Shown one piece after another: positions 13,303-26,279 of a stretch of 64,000 bases of DNA. The position numbers and the translations under genes were made by a program. The stretch spans positions 2,396,379 to 2,460,378 of the forward strand of contig NW_003314266.1 in assembly GCF_000143415.4 (NCBI RefSeq), in the 5' to 3' direction. This DNA comes from Selaginella moellendorffii (lineage: Eukaryota; Plantae; Lycopodiophyta). The first letter of the stretch is position 1. Each line of letters begins with the position of its first letter. The notes beneath the pieces are model-generated. The model worked only from the letters and a program-made list of their open reading frames with translations. It was not told where the DNA came from and searched no databases.

Positions 13303-14933
13303 TCATTCTCCTCTCTGGGAAATTTTCTTCAAAATCTTGGATCTCACGAACTCTTGCTGGTCCATGTCGAGCACGCCACCGGTACCCTCCTCCACCACGT
13401 AAAACACATCCTCCACTCGGCTATCCTGCGTCGAGATCTTCGCTCCTTGAACGCTACAAAACAAGCAACGAGAGTTACGTAAGTTCCTGCCTGTCTGGCA
13501 AGAGAAATCAAAATAGAAGAGCACACATACCTGACGCCAGCTTCGTTGAGAGCCAGAATGATGTCCGCCAGGAGCATGTGTCGATCCGGCCCCTCGACTT
13601 TGATCTCGGTTTGCTTGCCGACGTTCTGGAAGTGAATGCCGACGCTCTCGGCTCCTCCCGAGTCCACCACCGCGTCGTGGATCCTGGCGCTCTCCTCTTC
13701 CAGCGACGTTCCAATGCTCAGAGTCGGAGACACCGTCCCGGCATCCTGTTCTTCCAGGCAGCTCGAGCGAGAGTTCACGTCCACGTCCCACGGCGGTGCC
13801 ACCGATTCATAGACACTGTCCGACAAGTCTGCTGCCGCTCCAACCACGTCAAACCTCGTCAAGGTTGCCGCCGGACTGGAGAAGTCATCGTCCAAGAGCT
13901 CGCAGTATGTCTTCCTCCTGAAAAAAAGAAAAAGCAACGGGGGTGGCAAGCGAAAGACCTGCTAAGTGAGAAGATCGACGACAAATGGAAATGAGACACA
14001 AAGATTAAAAAGCTGGAAGAAACGTACCCGGCTCTAAAACTCTCCCACGAGAGGATCTTCGAAACTTCGATGCCTCGACCGACCGGGAGCGTGGACGAGT
14101 CGATCCCCGGCTGCTGACGGACGTGCTTTATGTACTCGTTGGTGGCGTCGTCCAGCGCATTGTAAGCGACGATGATGGCCGCGTGCGTGAATCTCAGGCT
14201 GTCAAAGTAGTCGATGTAGTTCTCCGGCTCGCCAGTGAAGAGCACGAAGTCGAAGCCTTCCCGGTCCAAGACGAAGGAGCCGGGCTTGTCCGGGAAGAAG
14301 TCCACGTAGTCGCTGAGGCCGAGGTCCAGGACGTAGCGGGCGACGACGGCCTGCTTCTGGCGGTCGGTGTCCACGCACTCGAGGCAGCCACCGGTTGCTC
14401 GAGCGGCGGCGGCGAGGGCGATGGTGGAGAGGCCGCAGCCAATGTGGAGAATTCGGCGAGAGTTGCTCCCGGCGGCCAAGGCGGCTATAAACTCAGCACT
14501 TCCGGGTTCTAACACTCGTGGGCGGCTGGACGACCAGTTTGGGTGCTGCTTCTCTAGAATGATTTTCCGCTGCAAAGCCACACAAGGTGGAGGAGAGTTA
14601 GAAATCTATACCACCCATCCAGCAAGATCACGACGAAAAGATCGAGAACAAGGGAAGGAGAAAAAAAAGAAAGAGAGAAAGAACAGAGTCTGGCCTACAA
14701 AGGACTGGAGAACACAAAAAGAGGGTCTGGCCTGCAAAGAATGACTTTAGAAACTCTCCCCGGAGGTAGGAGAAGTTACCAAAAAGAGGGAAAAGCGCTC
14801 ATACTTACCAANNNNNNNNNNNNNNNNNNNNNNNNNNNNNNNNNNNNNNNNNNNNNNNNNNNNNNNNNNNNNNNNNNNNNNNNNNNNNNNNNNNNNNNNN
14901 NNNNNNNNNNNCAATGTCTGGGAACCACGGCAT
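13303..14933 (-). CDS. DUF1442-type SAM-methyltransferase-like protein fused to a C-terminal ACT domain; exon 1 runs through the N gap
   Basis: ATG at 14933 (MPWFPDI). DUF1442 motifs EPGSAEFIAALAAGSNSRRI and LPVGRGIEV. The phase-2 intron 13918-14026 joins in frame to RKTYCELL. The intron 13454-13531 completes the ACT motif EGPDRHMLLADIILALNEAGVSVQGAKIST..VEDVFYV. Confidence 0.75.
14812..14911. other. Assembly gap (100 N)
   Basis: Run of n. Confidence 1.
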
Positions 14934-16356
14934 TTCCAGTCACCCAAATGCATACCTGGAGGGGTTGCAAATAGCCCACAGATCAATCCACCAGATCCAT
15001 CAATCCAAGCATGCTCTCTATGGGGCAATCCCCACAAATCCATCATGCATTCTTGCAATCCCACCTCTTAGTGCGCTGCGTCCAGGATCATCTAGTATCG
15101 AAGAACAGGCCACAGATCCCCTCCATGGAAGATCAAATCAAGGTGGACACCATTTCTATAACTAATTGATTCAATCACGACAAGAAAGGAAGGGGAAGAA
15201 GAAATGAAATTCGCCATAGCTCGAGCTCCATCCCAGTTAAAAGCCACAAACACATAAAGCCTAAATCATAACATTTACCACCAGATAAAAGTGAAATTAA
15301 CTTATGAGAGAATAATTTTATTTTTTTATCTCAACCTCTGAAGTAAAAAATTAAAAGAGGTAAAATAACTATTATTTGTTTGATTGGCTCCACGTGGCGA
15401 GCGGTTTGTTCGTGTCGAGCTAGTTATTCCCTTTGTTCGTGGGCGGGCTCATGCTCTTGGCATGGGCATGTGGTTTGGTAACTTTTCATTTATAAGATTT
15501 TCTCTCGGGGTTTCGCGATTTTTCTATACGAATGTGCAGTAACCTTTGTGGAGAATTTTCCATGTAATTACGATCAACGTCGTGGACGAAATGGTCCCTC
15601 TGATTCCATTGAGAGACAGCTTTAATACGTTGATGTGAGTGAGCGTGTTCTTTTTTATTAATTTCTCTCTTTTCCTGAGAGAATCTTTTTTTTCTTTCCG
15701 GTTGTTATCCGGATGAACACCCATTTGTGCGCGTTTGTGTTGCCACCTCTTTTCTTGGCCGAGTAATTGAAAAGAGTTTCCTTCCTTTGTATGTGTGTGC
15801 GTGTGTGCGTGTCACAGTCCAAGTTTCTAGATCCCAAGACATTCCAAAGACCTTTCCTCGCGACTTACTATAGCCAACCACCTTTCTCAGCGGGGGCGGC
15901 TGTTTAATCAAACGGGTTAACATCGAAGAGTTTGACAAGAAACACTCGAAAAATCAGTGGTGGTGAGATGAAGAAAAAAAAGGAGCGAATCGATCCACTT
16001 GTTTAAGCAAACCACACATGGAAGAAAGAAAAATAAGTGACGAGAGATCTATCCAGACCACGGGGACCGCAAGGCCGGGAAACCATAAACTTGAAAGAAG
16101 GAAACGCAGATATTCTCATGTGAGGAGAGTTGTTTTGTCAAGATCACTGATCGCTACGTTTGATCTAAAGCCTGCTTATAAACAAGAATAAAGACGATAA
16201 GTTTCGTGAAGAGCGATAGCGTCAGCCATGAACTCAGAGCTGTAGCGTAAGCGGGCGAGAACCCGGAAGAATCAAAGAAAGCAGAAAAATAGAATACTAG
16301 GAAGAAGAGCGCGCGGTCGATCGACTAGACGCGATTTGTTTGGGGGTGTTTGGATC

Positions 16357-18004
16357 TTACAAGAGCACTGTGGCTGATGCTAAGATAATGCCACTGCTAT
16401 CTTTCATGTCTGCAACACTGTTCCAACGCGTGAACTTAGAATTGGAGGCAGTGCCGAGATGACATACCTCCGCCGTGCTCACCGGCTGGATGGACGATCG
16501 GTTCCGGTTTTGCCATGACTCGATTTTACCTCCGATGACATACAGCTTGTCACCGAGGCACTCGAGGGCGAAACCGAAACGATACGAGGACCTGTTGTAG
16601 AGCTGACCCGTGGAGATATGCCCGATGTGATCCCACTCGTTGAGCTCCGGATCGTATCTCATCAGCTTGCTCTGATGAACAACGAGGAGATTTTCTCGAA
16701 AGATTGTGTTGGGACCGGGAACCTGCCGTACGAAGAAAAAAAACGCTAAACTTTAAGACGAGAAGTGACGGAAACGAGCAAGCGCTACCTTGTGAGAATC
16801 CAGCCACATCTCCGGGATCAACGTCCAGCTCTTGCTTGCGGGATTAAAAAACTCGGCCGATGCTCGCTGCGGGTGGTCGCCATAATTGTTGATCACCACT
16901 TCGCCGGCAATGACCCAGAACTGGCCGTTGAGCACTGTTCCTCGGCAGCTGGAGCGGACGCAATGCATGGAAGGCATTTGGTGCCATCGCTTCTCCCTGT
17001 AGTCCAGCACCTCGGCCGAGTCCAGGAAGCAAGACCGTCCCTGGCCACCGGCGACGTAGACGAAATCGCCCATCGCTGCCGCAGCAAACCAGCCGCGTGG
17101 AGTTGTCAGGCTCGGGCCTCGCTGCCACTTGTTCCGAAACGCATCGTAGATAAAAACGTCGCCACAGACCTCCACTGGAACAAAAGACAAGAAAACAAGG
17201 AATCAGCGCCAGGAGGGAAAAAAAAAAAAACGAAGAGAACAAAAGGAAGATGCAAGTGTTACATTATGGACCTTGGCCCAGTTGCTGCATTGCCTCGTTG
17301 TAAATGCGCCGAGCCCCTCCCATGAGTATGAGCTTCGAGTCGAGAGCGACGCAGGCGAAGCCCTGCCATGTCTCTGACGATATGTTTGCGGGCACTGGCG
17401 ACATGTTGTACCAGCGGTTGGCATCTGGATCAAACGCACGAAATGCCGCTCCAGTGGCAGACTCCACCAGCACATAAATCCATCCTTGCAAAAATCCCCC
17501 CTGTCGAGACCAAGATCATCAATACTGACAGGGAAAGCAGGAAAAAAGCAAAGACAAAAACAAACGCGCAAGAACAGCCCTGGCACAAGTCTAGAACAAA
17601 GAAAAATAAAAGAAAAGTTCATGCAAGACACTTAGTCATCTATCTAAAACGCACAGAGAAAGATAGAAAGCAAGGAGATAGAGCAAGAACAGCGAGGAAG
17701 ATAATTGTTGTGAACATACCTGGTGTCTGAGGAGTCGAAATGTTTCGCTGCTAACAGCTCGTTTCCAGGCCGAGGAAACGAGGCGGAGGAGTGGAAACAT
17801 TCCTCGAGGAAGCCTGGCGATGCACAGAATAGCTAAATCGTTGGGCAATCCAGGTATGAGGAGCTTGCCTTCGTCACACCACGAGCGGGCCGCAGCCGCG
17901 CAATCTTCTTCCTCAGCGCCAGAGAATTCTGCGAGCAATCCCACCGAGCTGCTGGGATTTTGCCCCCGGCGATCGGATGAGGAGGAGCAGGAGGCGCCAG
18001 ACAT
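16357..18004 (-). CDS. F-box/kelch-repeat protein, multi-exon
   Basis: F-box LIPGLPNDLAILCIARLP..VSSAW. Kelch repeats: ILMGG, VYVAGG..SAEVLD..W..M, LYVIGG. Confidence 0.9.
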
Positions 18005-18460
18005 GATCGATCCAAAAGCTGCTGCGAAAATGCTCAAAGAATGGGGAAGAACCCTAACCCTATGGCGCCCATTTTCATTTGAGCGGCCACGTGGCGGGGA
18101 CAACTGTATCAGCGGGAAAGAAGAGAACCACAAGAAGTTCGTGGCTTTTGGCGGGGATGGGAACTACATGAAATTCTTGCCCCGGAAAAAAGGATTAAAG
18201 GATCACGTTACTTGTCACGAAATGCGCGGACGCATTATAAGTAATAATTCCAGAATTGTACCTTTTTTAAAATCATTTTTATAAACCCGTTTAAAAATTA
18301 AAATAACTTTAAGGCAATTCAAGTATATTTTACAAAATGAAAAAAGAAGCTCCTTGATGTTCCTAAAACACTAAAGTCTATCATCTTATTGCCATAACTT
18401 TGGCATTCTTTACACAAACACTAGGTGCAAAAAAAATTAAAAAATTCCAGGCTCAATCTT

Positions 18461-19519
18461 TCACCTACACTTCGAGAAGATCCCATAAACCCTGCTGTAC
18501 ATACCTTCGGATCTCCTGCTAGATCGAAAGCTCCCGAGCTTGTGCCAAACACTCAGCATGAATGCCCGAGCACGAACCAAGAACCCAGTGACGAAAGCGC
18601 GGTTGCCAGGAAGAAAAGCAAAGAACGTCGGAATCGACAGCAGCAGCACTGCGGCAGCTCCGCCACCGCCAACGTTTTCCCTCATCCAACCTCCCTGCGC
18701 CACCACGCAATCCCGGAGCTCCGAGAAGAGCCACCAGCACGACTTGAGGATGGCGAGCCCGGTCAGCGCTGCCGCTCGAAGCAACCACAAGTTGATCAGC
18801 AAGCCGGACAGCATCAACACCATCGATGCCGTGAAATCCACGAGCCAAGCTATGGTGATTGGCATCGAGGCGAGCGAGGGAGTAAGCTTGGACGTGAGAG
18901 CAGCACCGAAGAGTGTAGAGCAGAGCACTACGAAACCCAGGGAAGATAAAATCTTCCACGGTAGACTCCCATCGTTTGATCCTCCAGAACCCCCGCCTCC
19001 TCCTCGATTGCCATTTCTTCCATCGCCACCACTTGATCCCGGGGAGCCCATGATCGAGTTTTCCGGATCCAAAAGCTCCTTGTGATCCTTCCACAAAGAT
19101 CGCAGCATGGAGATTCTATCGGCCTGCGAGAGGAGAAAGAGCCTCAACCCCAAGGAGACGAGCGCCACGTACAGTTCCTTCCTTCTCTCGCTCTTTTGCC
19201 TTCTCCGGCTCCTTAGAAACCCCAAAACTCGCATCAACAGCCTCGTCTTGCGCAGCTTCTTGGAGAAATTCACCCCTGTTTTGGAAGATCTCGCGAAAAA
19301 GCCACCGACATTGGCCGATTTGAGGCATGCGCCGATCCTGGATTTCTTGCCGGCGGCCCAGGTCCTCCAATCTGTGGCCGCGGCGGCGTCATCCCAGTGA
19401 TGCTTGGAGGCGAAACCCACGAAATTCCTGGCCGAGAATCGGCAGAAAATGCGAGAATTTCTGACTGGAGACTTACCACAAGTCGCAAAATCTGCAGCTA
19501 CAGAGGCAGAGGCTTCCAT
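18461..19519 (-). CDS. Uncharacterised, probably plastid-targeted membrane protein (likely one in-frame intron)
   Basis: 352-aa ORF with transit-peptide-like N-terminus, Gly-rich linker (GGGGGSGG) and 3-4 hydrophobic segments. Confidence 0.55.
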   Translation of the reverse strand: MEASASVAADFATCGKSPVRNSRIFCRFSARNFVGFASKHHWDDAAAATDWRTWAAGKKSRIGACLKSANVGGFFARSSKTGVNFSKKLRKTRLLMRVLGFLRSRRRQKSERRKELYVALVSLGLRLFLLSQADRISMLRSLWKDHKELLDPENSIMGSPGSSGGDGRNGNRGGGGGSGGSNDGSLPWKILSSLGFVVLCSTLFGAALTSKLTPSLASMPITIAWLVDFTASMVLMLSGLLINLWLLRAAALTGLAILKSCWWLFSELRDCVVAQGGWMRENVGGGGAAAVLLLSIPTFFAFLPGNRAFVTGFLVRARAFMLSVWHKLGSFRSSRRSEGMYSRVYGIFSKCR

Positions 19520-19815
19520 CGAGCGAAAGCCCTAAGAGATAGGGTTTAGTGTTTCAAAAGCACCCAACGGCTGGTCCAACGGTCTGAATCTATACTATTT
19601 CACAAAATATGCAAACTAGTATTTATCTGATTTAGTTTCGTTTAAGGTTTTAATTATCAGTAAAATTTATCTTAAATTCACATTTAAAATATTAACAAAA
19701 TAAAAATTAATATTTATTAAATATATTTTGTATAAAATAGGCATATTTTAATAAAGTTAACACTTTATTCACTTTAAAAGACTTTCTATTTACTGTGTTT
19801 TTCTAAATATAAAAA

Positions 19816-20742
19816 ATGCTCTATAAAATGTTAGTGCTTTTTACTTTTCTTACTTTTTGCTATGCTCAACCACCTCAAACTAGGTGGCTAGGAAATTTTG
19901 GTCATTTTAGTAATCAGCAAATTAATAGAATTATAGATGAAATTAAACTTTTAATAGAGAGTATTGATATTGATGAACCAATTACAATCTCCAATAGTGA
20001 ACTCTATCTTCATAAGGTCATTCAAATTGGTTATCAACAAGTGATGATTAGAATTTATGTTATTCCTACAGGATTAAAAACCTTTCTTAATTGTAATCCA
20101 CTCCCTTTTAATTTACAACTTAATACCCAAGTTATTCAGAATATATTAAGATTGGTAGCATATCATGCACGTTCATATCCTTTAGGAATGATTGGAACTT
20201 TATACAGATATTTTGTTGTGGATTATGTTGCACTTGGAAATCCTGAAAGATTTCCTAATGAACAATATCCTACAGTTCAATATCCAAAAGGTTTACCTGA
20301 TGATCAAAATCCACCTCCTAATTTATTGAATTTTAAAATTGATATGGATACTCATCAATGTTGGCCATATCACGCACAAATAATAAATGGTTCATTAAAA
20401 TTTATTGGCACACATATATTAAATGGTAATAGTTTAGTATCTCCAAAAAATAAGTTCAGAGCAAATTTAAAAAATTGTAATTTAGAGATTGAAAATTTTA
20501 TTACAAAAGAAATCATATGGTCTTCAAAATCAGAAAGGTATAATATGTTTTGTTATCTTCATCTTCAACTTGATGGTCATTTAGTTATAAAAGATAAAAA
20601 TGAAAATATAAAATGGAAATATAATATCTTTTGTTTGAATTGTTTTTTATCTCCAGTTTTAACAATTGAAGATACAGGGTACTTAACTATAATTTCCTAT
20701 AACTATAATATACAGAAACTATTATGGAAAAGTGAATTTTAA
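19816..20742 (+). CDS. Secreted protein: signal peptide + unknown N-terminal domain + bulb-type (B) lectin domain
   Basis: Hydrophobic leader ending ..CYA|QPPQ. C-terminal LNGNSLVSPKNKF..CNL..IWSS..LHLQLDGHLVI..W..L.IEDTG.L..LW. Clear paralog at 60586-61533. Confidence 0.75.
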   Translation: MLYKMLVLFTFLTFCYAQPPQTRWLGNFGHFSNQQINRIIDEIKLLIESIDIDEPITISNSELYLHKVIQIGYQQVMIRIYVIPTGLKTFLNCNPLPFNLQLNTQVIQNILRLVAYHARSYPLGMIGTLYRYFVVDYVALGNPERFPNEQYPTVQYPKGLPDDQNPPPNLLNFKIDMDTHQCWPYHAQIINGSLKFIGTHILNGNSLVSPKNKFRANLKNCNLEIENFITKEIIWSSKSERYNMFCYLHLQLDGHLVIKDKNENIKWKYNIFCLNCFLSPVLTIEDTGYLTIISYNYNIQKLLWKSEF

Positions 20743-21699
20743 AAATAAAATTTATAATATAGATGTTTGTAAAAGTATTACTTTATTTTAGGTTAAAATA
20801 AGTATAAAATAATATTTTAAGGATAATTATAAGCATAATAAATAGCAAAAAAAATTTTATACTATTTAATTTAATTTTATAAATATATAACAAACCAGCC
20901 AAGAATAATTTGCTGTACCATTTGCAAGCATTAATAGTTTATTTTTGAGTCAGGTCCTACTTGCCTATATATACATGATCCTCCATGTATAGAGGATGGG
21001 AGGGAAGTTTTCATGTGATAATTATTTACAAGAGACTTCAAATATATATCACTCTTTCACTCTTTATTTAATTTTGAGTAACGTTATCACTTTTTTAATC
21101 TCTTTGTACTTATTAAGGAATATATTCAATATTATTAACCATTGTAGAATTGAACCTCAAACTTTTACACATGGGATTTGTTATATAGAAGGTTTTGATC
21201 ACTAGTGGAGTCATTTAATTATGACATGTATGGATGGACATTGGGATTAGGTTTTTGGATTAGATTGGGGTTGAACTAAATTAACCATAAAAGTAGGGTT
21301 TTGAGGACTTTGTACTTAGAGTATTTAATATCAAACCACTTTTCTTTTCCAGTGTTTTAATATTTTAATTTCCGTTGTTTTCCCTTCTCTCAAGAATGAG
21401 TTCTTAACAATTTAAACACTTTGATATCAATGGTTTTTGATACTCTACCAAAGTAATTTCAAGTATTAAAACAATCTAATATAACACTCTTGGGCCTCCA
21501 CCCTAGATTGTTCTCCTTAGGCATTTGCCAATACCACAAGGTTCCTACGTTGTTCATGCAGGGCTATTACAAATTAATTAAATCAATCTATCATGAAGAT
21601 CATGTCAAATCCTGCCATGTTCAACACGGTAAAATCTATATCTACTTTCCATGTCTATACTTCAACTCTTGCTTATTGAAATACCTTATTAGTGCTTCA

Positions 21700-23100
21700 G
21701 GTACTTTGAACAAACTCTATAGTTTTTGATTCACCTAGCCGTTGCACTGTTATTCTGGCTGCTAGACTATGTATGCAGTCATAAAATTATCCGAAGCACC
21801 TGTGTTAATAAGGATCTTAACAAAGTAACCTCTGAGCTTCCCTTAGAGGGTTAGTAGATGTCGCAAACAACTTTTTACCAAAGTTGCTCGTGTAATAAGT
21901 AGTTTTGAGCTAAGGACTAAATCACGTACCTCAATTTAAATTTCACCCAACTTAATGGCTATATTGGCTTTGGCTTTCTTCATGTAAGTATATTCCCTTA
22001 AAAAATGTCTTGCTTCACCACAATTGAAGCATATGTTGTTTCCCACGCTATTAGCAAACTTGACTTTTTTATCTGTGGGTTTGTCCCTTTTTGCTTGACT
22101 CCCCTATATACTTGCTCGCTGGCCATTAAATTTTCCTTTTCAGATCCTTAATTCATTCTTAGAGAAACTAATTTTAAATTTCCCTTTGCCATATGTCCCC
22201 TTTAGTTTGGCTCTTTTGCTAAATGTGGGCCTTAACCCTATTGTGTTCCCCTTTCGCAGGTTATCATTGAAATGCACCTTGATAGCTGCATTCAATTCTT
22301 TTTTGTAGTTGGTTGGGTTCTAACACATCACTTTGCCTTGAGCCCAGGTCTGCAAACCTGATATGAAGGCATGGAATGCATTTATATCGCCCATGTCTGT
22401 GACAAGGATCCTCTTCAAAATGAACACATTCACATACTCTTGAACTATTCCTGCTTGCTTTAGCCTGCTCAACTTATCCTTTAGGTGCAAAGTAGCATTT
22501 GGCAGAACATAGGTTGCATGGATCTTCACCTTCATCATTTCCCAAGTGGCCACTGGTCCTTCACAAGGTATAAAAGAACCAAGGCAAAGATGGAATTTCT
22601 TCCAAAACTAAAGCCTTCAATTGAACAAAAAGCTATGGATGAGGAATCCTTGCATAGGAAAGACTCTAATGAAGAAACTTCCAAACAGAAGTTCGGTGGA
22701 GAGGTTCAATTGTCCAAGGCTTGATTGGACATTTTATAAGGACAATTGGCATAGACCAATGCCCTACTGGTACACAAGTTAAAGCATGACAAGAAGTGGA
22801 AGAAAAACCAAAAGACTGCAAAGGTTGGCAATGCAAAAAGCATGGACCTTTGGAGGGGACTAAGGCAAAACCGAACAAGGTTGATTAAACTGAAGTGAAA
22901 TCAGTCCTTTAGGCAGTTCCCAAGTACAAATCAAAGCTCCCACTAGTCTTCAAGAGAGTGAATGATTATAAGATGGCAGAAGATTTGTTTTACGATATGG
23001 AGGATTACTTCTGAGTGGTTCAATTACTAAGCTCGAAAAAAGTCCTATATGCAAAACCATATTTAGCAAATATTGTTAAGTCTTGGTGGAAAAAAATAGG
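21700..23100. mobile_element. Degenerate Ty3/gypsy gag (zinc knuckle) and protease fragments
   Basis: Minus strand: CFNCGEARH zinc knuckle near 22005-22035, gag-like LKQAGIVQEYVN.F and protease-like KILINTGASDNF near 21790-21820. Confidence 0.65.
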
Positions 23101-23959
23101 CCATCTCCCAGCAATCTGCTTCTATCCTTCACTAGAACTAAGGAAAAATCTTTAATACCAAATTGTAAGCCACAAATTTTTCCTTTTGAATTTGCTAGCT
23201 TACCTCATCTATCTGACCACCACAACCTTGGCCTTAGTTAAGTTCCCTCACCAAGGTTCCTGCTTATTGTATTAGCTCTTACTTGGTCATACTTGATTTC
23301 AGCAACTCACTATACAAGCAACAAAGCATTAGCCATCCATCCACAAATTCCCAAATTCTCTCTCAATCCCCCTCCCCAAATTAAGTTGGACTTAAAGTTC
23401 AACTACACTCCCCACAGGCACAAGCAACTAAGCACACCAAACCTTTAGGTTTTTAACATCCCTTGGTACAACAAGACTTAATTATGGGACCCTTTAAATC
23501 CCAAACCTTGAGTGCAACACTTGCTTTAGGATATTGGGGGGAAATATTGTGGCCTAACCCCCCAGTATGGGTACCTTTATTCCCCCACTTCCATCCCAAA
23601 GGAAAGGCCCAAGCCCCTAAGAAGGATAAGGACCAATGAGTTGCAAGGTACTTAAATAGGGCATCACTCCATATGAGCCAAGAGCACCACAGTCTGTTTC
23701 CCTTCCGGAAGTGGGAGCTGCTTTTAAGCACTTCCTTGGGTGGCCCTTCCAACATCACCTGAGTCCATACTCACTCCCACCCAAGGCCCTTAAGCCCTCG
23801 CCTCAACCTTAAGTCAATTTGGAAGCACCATTGGAGAGTTTATTCAAAATTGATTCTTAGACTTCATTATCCCTACTATACTTTTGGAACCCCTTGCAGC
23901 ACCTCCCCCCTTTCTAAGAGACACATGCTTTGGGTTTTCACCCCACGACCTATATTAAT

Positions 23960-24187
23960 ATTTAGACTCGGTCTCGGACTCAATCTCAGACCTGACCTCA
24001 GACTCTATCTCAGACTTGATCTCAGACTCGATCTCAGACTTGGTCTCGGCCCTGATCTCGGATCTCGGACTCAGTCTTGAACTCGGTCTTTGACTCAGTC
24101 TTGAACTCGGTCTCGCACTTGGTCTTGAACTCGGTCTCAGATTTGGTCTCGAACTCGGTCTCAAAGTTGGTTTCAAACTCAATCTCA
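23960..24187. repeat. 12-bp tandem minisatellite (approx. GACTCGGTCTCA/GAACTCGGTCTC) within retroelement debris
   Basis: About 18 degenerate units visible; the same motif occurs at 4280-4310 and 4800-4840. Confidence 0.8.
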
Positions 24188-24199
24188 TCTGATGAACTC

Positions 24200-25950
24200 T
24201 TTATCATTTTGGTTGTGCTTTCAGGGATTTTTTAGCCTACGACACCTTGGGGAGTTGAAATATGGTCAAACTCTTTTCACAAACATGGGCAAAGTATTAC
24301 TGGCAAAATCCTCTAGCTTGATTGAGCCATTGATATTCACAGCCTTCATGTGATAGGGGCCAATCCAGTGGATCTTAAGCTTGCCTAAATGCTTCCAGGA
24401 CTTGCTCTCATATAGCAGCACGAGATCTCCTGCTTGAAACTCTTAGCCTGTAAATTATGATCATACCACTTCTTGCATTGATATTTGAAGAGCTTTATGA
24501 GCTTAGAAAGCAAGGTAAGTCTCATCCAACTTCTCCAACTATTCCAGCCACTATTGAACAGCTCCATTCCAATCATAATTGTGAGCTATTTCTGTTTGCA
24601 AAGAAAGAACTTCCAGCTTGAGAGGAAGGATTGCCTCCTGGCTATAAAACCATGTAGTTACCTTGTAGGCAACTTTGTAAGCCCACAACACATTAAAAAG
24701 CTTGGTATCCCAATTGCTGGCACTTGCATTCCAAAGCTTGGTCATAGTGTCATATAATGTTTTATTGGTTCTCTCAACTTGGCCATTTGCTTGAGGATGA
24801 TATGGCATCAAGTGTCAATGGGAAATGCCATACTTGGCTGTGAGAGTTGCAATGACCATATTAATAAAATGTGTACCTCAATCACTTACAAGCTCAAGTG
24901 GGCAGCCGAAGCTGTTCTTGTAGAGGAATCCTACTACCTTCTCGGCCATGTTTTTGTTGAAAGCCTCAACTTCTGCCCACTTGGTCACATAATCCGTGCA
25001 GACCAAGATATAATGATTCTGGCGATGTCACCTTGGCTTGAATGGCCCCATGAAGTCGATTCCCCACTTGTCAAAAGGTAGAGCTCGAATAATCGAATGT
25101 AACAGCATTGCATCTTGTTGAGTAGGACACCTAACACATTGGCATGGATCACAACTTCTCACAAATTTTGCCACATTCTGCTGGAGTGTTGGCCACCAAT
25201 AACTAATTTGGAGCACAAGCTGTATAGTTGCTGCTGTTGCATATGCATCAAAGGGAGAATCATGGGAAGAGACAATCATCTGCTATAGCTCATGAGGAAG
25301 AATGTAGTGCCTCAAAACACCATCTCTTCCTTCCTTATAAAGCTAGCTAGCAATCAAGGTGAAAGCTGGTGACTAGTAAAGAAGCCTCTTTTGTGCCACC
25401 TTTGACATATGATCAGGAAATCTGTCAGCAACAAGAATTTCCATGATACCCTAATACCACACCAGCACAGCTACAACCTGGTATAAAAGCAGCTCCTCTG
25501 CTTCTGATTGGGTTGAGAGTGCATCTGGAATTTCTGTAGAAACCTACTCACCCTCCAACAAGAAAGGAGTATCGAGCAGCTCATCATAAACTCCTTCCTT
25601 GGCAGGTTGTCCTGGTAATCTTGAAAGACAATCAGGCATCACATCAAATTTTTCAGGCTTCAACACAATCTCAAATTCGAATTCTTGAAGCAGAAGCAAC
25701 CAGCAAGTGATTCAGCTATGTTGATAGGGCTTATTATAAGATAGTGCAGCTCTTGGTGATCCAAACAGATTCCCAACAGATGTTCAATGGCTGTATAATT
25801 CTTCTCAACCAGAGATAACTACCTGCTCAAATAAAATATGGGATGATCCCAACCATTAACTGGCTGGCATAAAACAGCACCAATAGCAAGAGTAGAGGTG
25901 TCAACATGCACATGGAATTTCAAATTCCAGTCTGGCAGCTTAAGAATACA
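24200..25950 (-). mobile_element. Degenerate Ty3/gypsy pol: RNase H and integrase
   Basis: YWWPTL..V.KFVRSCD.CQ, PFDKWGIDFMGP, PYHPQANGQVERTNKTL and KLKIHWIGPY, interrupted by stops and frameshifts. Confidence 0.88.
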
Positions 25951-26279
25951 TGCTGTGCCTCAAACGAAGCATGCGCCGTGTATGGGGCAACATGCATTGT
26001 TAACCATCAATACAATCCCGCGTCCCCATGGTGTCGTGTCGACAACCCTGGGTAGTAGAGTAATGATTAGATACCTTGAGCAGTTTTCGTAAACCTTAAT
26101 CTGTTTAGGGTTCTCAACCGTCCAGAATATTCTGTCACCACCTTTGTGTCGTCACCTTTCTTTTGACGTTGGTTCTTAGGAATATCGGATAGTATAAGAT
26201 ACGCATACCACGTGATTTTTAGCGACTGATACGTAGCATAGGGAGTATACATATCCGTATGTATATAATATATACCATA

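Noticed and set aside
23850-24188. ORFs with RPSS/LRLD repeats
   Set aside because: By-products of the 12-bp minisatellite
26070-26125. Possible hammerhead ribozyme 3' of the Penelope-like RT
   Set aside because: A small hairpin and GAAA are present on the minus strand, but no CUGANGA core
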